From positions 324,161-356,160 of the forward strand of contig OY282369.1 of the NCBI GenBank assembly GCA_958295735.1: a DNA stretch of 32,000 bases, in the 5' to 3' direction. The notes beneath the pieces were generated by a model, which saw nothing but the letters and a program-made list of their open reading frames with translations, was not told the DNA's origin and searched no databases. This DNA comes from an uncultured Candidatus Cenarchaeum sp. Lineage in GTDB: Archaea > Thermoproteota > Nitrososphaeria > Nitrososphaerales > Nitrosopumilaceae. Position numbers and translations under genes: made by a program. Below, one piece after another: positions 8,053-13,651 of this stretch (its first letter is position 1; each line of letters starts with the position of its first letter).

Positions 8053-8432
8053 GGCGGCGCCCCGAAGAAGCGGGAGGGCGGGCAGGGACCGCCTGCCGGC
8101 CGGGGCGCGGGACGGGACAAAGGCGGCGCCCCGAAGAAGCGGGAGGGCGGGCAGGGACCGCCTGCCGGCCGGGGCGCGGGACGGGACAAAGGCGGCGCCC
8201 CGAAGAAGCGGGAGGGCGGGCAGGGACCGCCTGCCGGCCGGGGCGCGGGACGGGACAAAGGCGGCGCCCCGAAGAAGCGGGAGGGCGGGCAGGGACCGCC
8301 TGCCGGCCGGGGCGCGGGACGGGACAAAGGCGGCGCCCCGAAGAAGCGGGAGGGCGGGCAGGGACCGCCTGCCGGCCGGGGCGCGGGACGGGACAAAGGC
8401 GGCGCCCCGAAGAAGCGGGAGGGCGGGCAGGG
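8053..8432. repeat. perfect 69-bp tandem repeat, ~5.5 copies
   Basis: Unit 'ggcggcgccccgaagaagcgggagggcgggcagggaccgcctgccggccggggcgcgggacgggacaaa' starts at 8053, 8122, 8191, 8260, 8329 and 8398, with copies identical on inspection. Confidence 0.95.
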
Positions 8433-8598
8433 CAGGGAAACGCCGCGGAGGCGCGGCCCGGGGCGCGCCTGACGCCCGGGGGCGCGGCGGGCCGGAACGG
8501 CGGAGGACGGGAACGCGCGGGGCCGCGGCGCGTGGCGAGCGCCGCCCGGCCCGCGCGCCGGGGAGCCCTGGCCAGGGGGCCGCGGCGCGTGGTTGAGG

Positions 8599-8672
8599 TG
8601 GACTGAGGGGGATTTGAACCCCCGATTCCCCGCGTGCAAGGCGGGTGTACTACCAGGCTATACTATCAGCCC
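8599..8672 (-). tRNA. tRNA-Ala (anticodon UGC)
   Basis: Reverse complement GGGCUGAUAGUAUAGCCUGGUAGUACACCCGCCUUGCACGCGGGGAAUCGGGGGUUCAAAUCCCCCUCAGUCCA folds as a cloverleaf. It has the G3:U70 Ala identity pair, anticodon loop CUUGCAC, and T-loop UUCAAAU. A TATA-like 'gaattaaaatc' lies 24-32 nt upstream. No CCA is encoded. Confidence 0.9.
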
Positions 8673-8713
8673 ACGGCGCGGTTGCGCGCGTGCCGATTTT
8701 AATTCTTGCTAGC

Positions 8714-8761
8714 GGGCGGGCGGGCGGGCGGGCGGGCGGGCGGGCGGGCGGGCGGGCGGGC
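8714..8761. repeat. (GGGC)12 tetranucleotide microsatellite
   Basis: Twelve uninterrupted GGGC units lie between the tRNA-Ala TATA and the TATA of the 8850 gene. The paralogous copy at ~10456 has only 2 units. Confidence 0.95.
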
Positions 8762-8849
8762 GCGCCGTCCCGAAACCGCCGCGCGCCGCCGCGGGGTCCC
8801 CGGCCCCGCCCGGCAAGGGTTTTATGGGCGCCGCCCGCGGGGGGTGCTC

Positions 8850-9260
8850 ATGTCCCCTTGCGGCGCCCCCGTATGGCTGACCAAGATGGAGCGGCTGGCC
8901 GGCGACTACTACGACGAACCCGGGCGTTCCTACGGGGACGCGGCGTTCAACGCCACCCTCGCCTCCGGCGATCTCTGGCGCGGGCTGTTCGGCGAACTCG
9001 TGGAGCACGCGGAGGGGGCGCGGCCGGAAGCGGAACCGGGCGAAGTGCTCGCCATAATACAGCATGCGTATCCCGAAATATTCCGCCAGATAGTCGATTT
9101 CGCCGGCCACGTAAGCGACCGCGAATGGAACGAGGCGAAGCGGGCCGTCGAACTGGCCGTCGCCGCCGTCGACAAGGCGGGGGGCCCGGACTGCGTGATG
9201 CGGCGCCTGAGGGACGGCGCGAATTCCAGCGAGGGGCGGAAGCTGGAGGCCGAGGCATGA
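8850..9260 (+). CDS. hypothetical protein (136 aa), first gene of the cassette
   Basis: MSPCGAPVWLTKMERLAGDYYDEPGRSYGDAAFNATLASGDLWRGLFGELVEHAEG... A 'ttttat' box at 8820-8825 lies 25 nt upstream of the ATG at 8850. The stop TGA overlaps the next ATG (ATGA at 9257-9260). Confidence 0.6.
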   Translation: MSPCGAPVWLTKMERLAGDYYDEPGRSYGDAAFNATLASGDLWRGLFGELVEHAEGARPEAEPGEVLAIIQHAYPEIFRQIVDFAGHVSDREWNEAKRAVELAVAAVDKAGGPDCVMRRLRDGANSSEGRKLEAEA

Positions 9261-9427
9261 CTGCCGCTCTCGATCACCTCGACTGCACTACCTGCTACCA
9301 TTCCTTGCTGGCCCACTGGCCGGCAGGCAAGTGCAAGGCGACGAACGGCGTGCGAGGCTGCCGCTGCGCGCGCTTCGTGGGGACCGACGGCAAGAACTCC
9401 GACGACTGGCCGGGGGAGAAGGCATGA
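9257..9427 (+). CDS. small Cys/His-rich protein, tandem unit 1 of 5 (56 aa)
   Basis: MTAALDHLDCTTCYHSLLAHWPAGKCKATNGVRGCRCARFVGTDGKNSDDWPGEKA. There is an ATGA start/stop overlap at both ends. Confidence 0.6.
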   Translation: MTAALDHLDCTTCYHSLLAHWPAGKCKATNGVRGCRCARFVGTDGKNSDDWPGEKA

Positions 9428-9591
9428 CCGCCGCCGATCACCTCGACTGCACTACCTGCTACCATTCCTTGCTGGCCCACTGGCCGACCGGCAGTTGCAA
9501 AGTGTCGGACGGCATGGAAGACTGCCACTGCGAGCGCTTCGTGGGGACCGACGGCAAGAACTCCGACGACTGGCCGGGGGAGAAGGCATGA
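9424..9591 (+). CDS. small Cys/His-rich protein, tandem unit 2 of 5 (55 aa)
   Basis: MTAADHLDCTTCYHSLLAHWPTGSCKVSDGMEDCHCERFVGTDGKNSDDWPGEKA. ATGA overlaps at both ends. The unit period is 164 nt. Confidence 0.6.
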   Translation: MTAADHLDCTTCYHSLLAHWPTGSCKVSDGMEDCHCERFVGTDGKNSDDWPGEKA

Positions 9592-9755
9592 CCGCCGCCG
9601 ATCACCTCGACTGCACTACCTGCTACCATTCCTTGCTGGCCCACTGGCCGACCGGCAACTGCAAAGCGACGAACGGCGTGCAAGCCTGCGGCTGCGAGCG
9701 CTTCGTGGGGACCGACGGCAAGAACTCCGACGACTGGCCGGGGGAGAAGGCATGA
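9588..9755 (+). CDS. small Cys/His-rich protein, tandem unit 3 of 5 (55 aa)
   Basis: MTAADHLDCTTCYHSLLAHWPTGNCKATNGVQACGCERFVGTDGKNSDDWPGEKA. ATGA overlaps at both ends. Confidence 0.6.
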   Translation: MTAADHLDCTTCYHSLLAHWPTGNCKATNGVQACGCERFVGTDGKNSDDWPGEKA

Positions 9756-9919
9756 CCGCCGCCGATCACCTCGACTGCACTACCTGCTACCATTCCTTGC
9801 TGGCCCACTGGCCGACCGGCAACTGCAAAGCGACGAACGGCGTGCAAGCCTGCGGCTGCGAGCGCTTCGTGGGGACCGACGGCAAGAACTCCGACGACTG
9901 GCCGGGGGAGAAGGCATGA
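9752..9919 (+). CDS. small Cys/His-rich protein, tandem unit 4 of 5 (55 aa; nucleotide-identical to unit 3)
   Basis: Read directly from the sequence; the ORF is too short to appear in the supplied ORF track. Its DNA is identical to 9588-9755. Confidence 0.55.
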   Translation: MTAADHLDCTTCYHSLLAHWPTGNCKATNGVQACGCERFVGTDGKNSDDWPGEKA

Positions 9920-10107
9920 CCTACGGCGATCCCACGGCCTGCGCCACCTGCTACCATTCCATGCTGGCCCACTGGCCGACCGGCAGTTGCAAAGTGTCGG
10001 ACGGCATGGAAGACTGCCACTGCGAGCGCTACATACGGGACGACGGCGGGAACTCCGACGACTGGCCGGAAGCGAAGGCACGATCTACGACGACGGCCGG
10101 GACATAG
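9916..10107 (+). CDS. small Cys/His-rich protein, tandem unit 5 of 5 (63 aa, diverged ends, read-through tail)
   Basis: MTYGDPTACATCYHSMLAHWPTGSCKVSDGMEDCHCERYIRDDGGNSDDWPEAKARSTTTAGT. The core is identical to unit 2. The usual ATGA junction is ACGA here, so the ORF runs 8 extra codons to a TAG. Confidence 0.55.
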   Translation: MTYGDPTACATCYHSMLAHWPTGSCKVSDGMEDCHCERYIRDDGGNSDDWPEAKARSTTTAGT

Positions 10108-10262
10108 TCGACAATCCGGAGGCCGCCCCCGAATCGTACGGCGAGGACGGCGAGGACGAATCCGACACGATCGAGCACGGCGAGCACCCCGACTATGACG
10201 AGTTCCAAAAATGCCACGAGGAGATCGAGCAGCGCCAGGGATTCTACCACGACGACGCGGAG
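10080..10262 (+). pseudogene. acidic ORF remnant lacking a start codon (sixth position of the chain)
   Basis: Begins with ACG exactly where ATG occurs in units 1-5: (T)IYDDGRDIVDNPEAAPESYGEDGEDESDTIEHGEHPDYDEFQKCHEEIEQRQGFYHDDAERG. The frame then runs without a stop into direct-repeat copy B and the tRNA. Confidence 0.35.
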
Positions 10263-10546
10263 CGGGGCCGCGGCGCGTGGCGGGCGCCGCCCGGCCCGCG
10301 CGCCGGGGAGCCCCGGCCCGGGGGCCGCGGCGCGTGGCTGAGGTGGACTGGGGGGATTCGAACCCCCGATTCCACGCGTGCAAGGCGGGCGCACTACCGG
10401 GCCATACTGTCAGCCCACGGCGCGGTTGCGCGCGTGCCGATTTTAGTTCTTGCTAGCGGGCGGGCGCGCCGTCCCGAAACCGCCGCGCGGCGCCGCGGGG
10501 TCCCCGGCCCCGCCCGGCAAGGGTTTTATGGGCGCCGCCCGCGGGG
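10263..10546. repeat. direct repeat copy B (GC-rich segment + tRNA-Ala-like + bidirectional promoter)
   Basis: Paralog of 8518-8843. It has the same internal 'ggggccgcggcgcgtgg' doublet, the same tRNA upstream region ('gattttagttcttgctagc') and the same 'caagggttttatgggcgccgcccgcgggg'. Confidence 0.9.
10344..10416 (-). tRNA. tRNA-Ala(UGC)-like second copy, degenerate (possible pseudogene)
   Basis: 73 nt. Relative to copy 1 it has U8->C, a C:U mismatch in the anticodon stem (GCGUG versus GCGGG), a weaker D stem, and a 1-nt deletion at the T-stem/acceptor junction that leaves the 3' acceptor strand one base short. Confidence 0.55.
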
Positions 10547-10551
10547 AGCCC

Positions 10552-11103
10552 GTGGCCGTTACGGAATCCAGGAGGGTGCTCGTGGCGGGCGACGGCGCGC
10601 CGGACTTTGATCTGGAGGGGATCGACGGCGCCAGGCACTCGCTTTCGTCGTACTCTGGGTACGACGCCCTTCTCGTGGTGTTCATGTGCAACCACTGCCC
10701 CTTCGTGAAGGCGAAGGTGGAGGCCATGAAGGAGATCCACGGCAGGTTCAAGGACAGGGTGGCCGTGGTCGGGATAAACAGCAACGACGCGGCCAGGTAC
10801 CCGGACGACAGTTTCGAGAGCATGAAGAGCGTGGCGGCGGAGAAGGGAATCTCCTTCGACTACTTGGTGGACGGGACGCAGGACGTGGCCAGGAGGTACG
10901 GGGCATCCTGCACGCCGGACCCGTTCCTCTTCGACGGGGACAGGAAGCTCGTGTTCCACGGCAGGATCGACGATGCCGCGAATCCCGACGACGCGGCCAC
11001 GGAGAAGACGATGGTCAACAACATCGCGGCGCTTTTGGACGGCAGGGGGATCGAGAAGGACTTCGATCCGTCCGTCGGCTGCTCCATAAAGTGGAAGGAG
11101 TAG
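10552..11103 (+). CDS. thioredoxin-fold redoxin (AhpC/TSA-TlpA-like thiol-disulfide oxidoreductase)
   Basis: GAPDFDLEGIDGARHSLSSYSGYDALLVVFMCNHCPFVKAKV...VVGINSNDAARYPDDSFESMK...ASCTPDPFLFDGDRKLVFHGRIDD. GTG at 10552 lies 23 nt after the 'ttttat' box (10524-10529), mirroring the copy A geometry. The ATG at 10528 lies inside that box, and the track ORF start at 10450 is spacer. Confidence 0.85.
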   Translation: MAVTESRRVLVAGDGAPDFDLEGIDGARHSLSSYSGYDALLVVFMCNHCPFVKAKVEAMKEIHGRFKDRVAVVGINSNDAARYPDDSFESMKSVAAEKGISFDYLVDGTQDVARRYGASCTPDPFLFDGDRKLVFHGRIDDAANPDDAATEKTMVNNIAALLDGRGIEKDFDPSVGCSIKWKE

Positions 11104-11193
11104 GCCCGCCGGCCGCGGGCGGGGGAAGCGGGCGGCGGCCCGGCGCGTCCGCAAAACTAGACTTAAATCCAACCGCCCGGATGTCCCCGTTGC

Positions 11194-11290
11194 GGGCCGG
11201 TAGCTCAGCTTGGCTGGAGCGTTCGACTGATAGTCTCGGTCAGGATCAGAGATCGAAAGGTCGTGAGTTCGAATCTCACTCGGCCCACCA
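11194..11290 (+). tRNA. tRNA-Ile (anticodon GAU) with a 19-nt canonical intron and encoded CCA
   Basis: GGGCCGG UA GCUC..GAGC G UUCGA CUGAUA [gtctcggtcaggatcagag, 11233-11251] A UCGAA AGGUC GUGAG UUCGAAU CUCAC UCGGCCC A CCA. A TATA-like 'acttaaatcc' lies ~25-30 nt upstream. Confidence 0.85.
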
Positions 11291-11492
11291 GAATCCCTCC
11301 CGCGCGGCGGGCCGGGCGCGCGCGAAAGGGGGCATCGGCGGCGGGCGGGGACCGGCGGGCGGCGGCTGCCGGGCATGCCGGGAAAAACGCCGCGGGCGGG
11401 GGGGGCGCCGCGCCGGGATGCCGCCCGGGGCGGGCCCGCTTCCGGCGTCCCGGCCCCCGCGATCCTTCGGGCCCTTCCGCGGCCCGCCGCCG

Positions 11493-12389
11493 TCACCTCG
11501 CCGCCCCCTCGTACGCCGTCTCGAACCACTGCAGCACCGTGCCCAGATCCCCGGCGGCCAGGTCCGAGCGGGCGGGGGGCGCCCGCCCCGACGGCCCGCA
11601 CAGGACGAGGCGCACGTTCCGCCCCGCCCCCGCCCTCGCCTCGTTGACGTGCCCCGCGAACGCCCTCAGGGCCTTCTCCGTGTCCCCGAACACGGCGACC
11701 ATCATCAGCCCGCGCCGCGGCTTCCATATGCGGCCGAACAGCCGCACCAGGTCCAGGTCCAGCAGCACGCTGTCCGACTCGGACATGTCGCCGAGCAGGG
11801 CCACGCGCCAGCGCGAGCTCTTCAGGGCGGCCGCCGCCGACTCGCACAGCAGCGCGCTGGCCGGATCGGCGGCCATCAGCACGGCGTTCTTGCGGGGATC
11901 CGGATCCGGGGGGGCGGGGACGGCCGCGCGGATCGAGCCCGACATGATGCTCCTGGCCAGCGCGAGCTCCGAGCCGCCTATCCTGCCGTCGTCGTACGCC
12001 CGCCGGGCGGAGCGGTCGGCGGGGACCACCACGTCCGCCATGAGCCGCGGGACGCTGGCCCCCGAGCAGATGCAGCTGCGCACGAGCGCCTGCGCCTGGT
12101 CCTCCGAATGCGACATGACCAGCTCCTGGTACCGCTCCTGCGCGCGGTAGTAGTCGTCCGGGAACCGGTACGCCTCCGAGCCCTGGTCGACGTGCCACAC
12201 GGTGGCGCCGCCCGCGCCCCTCTTCCTGACCAGCCCCTCCGCCGCGAACACCTCCAGGTACTTGGACGCGGTGATCCTGCTCATGCCCAGCCTCGCCGAG
12301 ATCTCCACCCCCGAGAGCCCCGTCCTGGACTCGGAGAGCGCTTCCACCAGGCGCCGCCGAACGTCGTCCCTGCCGTACTCCCGGGCCAT
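11493..12389 (-). CDS. winged-helix transcriptional regulator with a C-terminal B12-binding-like domain (His ligand apparently absent)
   Basis: N-terminal wHTH: LSGVEISARLGMSRITASKYLEVFAAEGLVRKRGAGGATVWHV. The middle region resembles a B12-binding_2 helical bundle (VVVPADRSARRAYDDGRIGGSELALARSIM). The C-terminus is Rossmann-like (NAVLMAADPASALLCESAAAALKSSRWRVALLGD). The domain assignment is my pattern match and is unverified. Confidence 0.7.
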   Translation of the reverse strand: MAREYGRDDVRRRLVEALSESRTGLSGVEISARLGMSRITASKYLEVFAAEGLVRKRGAGGATVWHVDQGSEAYRFPDDYYRAQERYQELVMSHSEDQAQALVRSCICSGASVPRLMADVVVPADRSARRAYDDGRIGGSELALARSIMSGSIRAAVPAPPDPDPRKNAVLMAADPASALLCESAAAALKSSRWRVALLGDMSESDSVLLDLDLVRLFGRIWKPRRGLMMVAVFGDTEKALRAFAGHVNEARAGAGRNVRLVLCGPSGRAPPARSDLAAGDLGTVLQWFETAYEGAAR

Positions 12390-12781
12390 GCAGGCGGCGC
12401 GCTTCCGATCCGTATAAGCCTAGTTTCGGGGGCGGGGGCGGGGAGCGGGCGCCCCGTTCCCCCTCGAGGCCAGCGAGGACGGCCGCGGGTTCCTCTCGGC
12501 GGGGGCGGGGAGCGGGGAGCGGGCGCCCCGTTCCCCCCCTCCCAAGGAATGCCGGGATGCCGGATGCGGGCGCAGCCGGCAGGGGCGCACGCGGCCTAGC
12601 GCCCGGACCCCCCGCAGGCGGCAGGCAGCCGGGCGCCCAGACTCGCAGAATTCGTCCGCTATCTTTAAAGCGGCGCCCCCCCCCCCGCAGGCGGCAGGCA
12701 GCCGGGCGCCCAAGCCCCCCTCCGGGGCGCAAAAAATAACAGTTATATAGTTACCAGAATATACGGTAAAGCACGAGTAAA

Positions 12782-13165
12782 ATGCCGAAACCAGGTTTCA
12801 AGTCGATAACCGTGGCCGAGCAGGTCTACGACAAGTTCCACGAGATCTATTCGGAGAACAGGATCGCCCTCGCAATGAAGGGCGTCAACAGTTTCGCCGG
12901 ATACGTCACGTACAAGATGGAAGAGATGATGGAGAAGGACAGGGTATTCGCCAAGTACGCCCCCAGGATGGAGCGCGTATCGATGGACGATGACAGGGTC
13001 ATCCTGAAGGACAACGCACAGGACAGGATAATCGAGGTCAGCATAGAGGAAGGCGAGCCATACTGCCAGTTCTGCGAAAAGTGGGACTGTCCGCACATCG
13101 GGTTCGTCTGGTCCATCCCCGACGTATACGAGGCCCTGGACGCTCGCGGGGTCAAAAAGCACTAG
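12782..13165 (+). CDS. hypothetical protein (127 aa); possible RHH-like N-terminus and a C-terminal CxxC..CPH metal site
   Basis: MPKPGFKSITVAEQVYDKFHEIYSENRIALAMKG...EPYCQFCEKWDCPHIGF. Lower GC than its surroundings. A TATA-like 'agttatatag' lies ~25 nt upstream of the ATG. Confidence 0.7.
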   Translation: MPKPGFKSITVAEQVYDKFHEIYSENRIALAMKGVNSFAGYVTYKMEEMMEKDRVFAKYAPRMERVSMDDDRVILKDNAQDRIIEVSIEEGEPYCQFCEKWDCPHIGFVWSIPDVYEALDARGVKKH

Positions 13166-13228
13166 CTCGGCATGCACGGTACGGGCGGCGCCCAGCGCCG
13201 CCCCGCCACCTTTTTGAAATTGTTCTAG

Positions 13229-13348
13229 TGGAGGAGACGGGATTCGAACCCGCGAACCCCTGACGGGACAGGATCGCTCATCGGCAGATCTTAAGTCCTG
13301 CATGTCCAAAAGCGTCAGCTTACTTTGGCCGGGCTTGATTACTCCTCC
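13229..13348 (-). tRNA. tRNA-Leu (anticodon UAA) with two introns (D-arm non-canonical 19 nt; canonical 37/38 15 nt)
   Basis: 120-nt gene. Acceptor GGAGGAG/CUCCUCC, T-arm GCGGG UUCGAAU CCCGU, long variable arm CCCGUCAGGGGUUC. The anticodon arm CAGGA CUUAAG[A] ... UCCUG forms only after removing 13275-13289. The D stem AUC/GAU forms only after removing 13304-13322. The mature length of 86 nt fits a class II tRNA. Confidence 0.65.
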
Positions 13349-13414
13349 GGCGCGGCGGGGGCGCGCTGCCGGATTTAACGGTTTAGGGGCGGGCCCGGGG
13401 CCGGGGGCCGGGGG

Positions 13415-13526
13415 CGCCCGCCGATCCGGGCCCGCGGCGGGAGCGGCCCGGCGGCCGGAACGGCCGGGGGCGCCCGCCGATCCGGGCCCGCGGCGGGAGC
13501 GGCCCGGCGGCCGGAACGGGCGGGGG
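13415..13526. repeat. 56-bp tandem duplication in a GC-rich spacer
   Basis: 'cgcccgccgatccgggcccgcggcgggagcggcccggcggccggaacgg' occurs at 13415 and 13471. Confidence 0.85.
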
Positions 13527-13651
13527 CCCCGGGGCGGGAGCGCCCCCGCCGATCCTGCCGGCGGCAACCGGAACGGGCGATCGCCGCGGCCCGGCGGGAG
13601 GAGGGGGGCGGCAACCAAGAATTATAAGGATTTTTTTCCGAGGGGGCGCGT

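Larger units (their letters stand above)
8518..8843. repeat. direct repeat copy A (GC-rich segment + tRNA-Ala + bidirectional promoter)
   Basis: Aligns base-for-base with 10263-10546 at an offset of 1745 nt at the left end. Differences are a few substitutions, a 1-nt indel in the tRNA, and 12 versus 2 GGGC units. Confidence 0.9.

Noticed and set aside
7758-8639. ORFs reading through the 69-bp repeat on both strands (7825-8472 +, 7938-8606 +, 7758-8639 -) as repeat proteins
   Set aside because: All frames are open, no promoter or credible start is visible, and the composition is the same as other spacers. The minus-strand ORF would also run through the tRNA-Ala 3' flank. This is kept only as a low-probability alternative in the findings.
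9295-10383. Minus-strand ORFs across the mini-gene array (for example 9295-9528, 9459-9683, 9623-10081, 9787-10383)
   Set aside because: They lack unit-defined starts and stops. The plus strand gives exact ATG..TGA units with conserved ATGA junctions, in the same orientation as the promoter and the upstream gene. One minus-strand ORF would also run through the tRNA copy.
8518-10546. Classical integrative element (att sites at a tRNA) as the explanation for the duplicated tRNA-Ala
   Set aside because: No integrase or recombinase ORF lies between the repeats. The repeat also covers the whole tRNA plus ~200 bp of flanks on both sides, rather than a tRNA 3' fragment. Segmental duplication or recombination fits better.
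10453-12732. 759-aa (-) and 637-aa (+) ORFs spanning the redoxin gene, tRNA-Ile and the regulator
   Set aside because: They cross a tRNA gene and two well-supported genes in the wrong frame or strand, and their translations are R/G/P-rich. These are high-GC artefacts.
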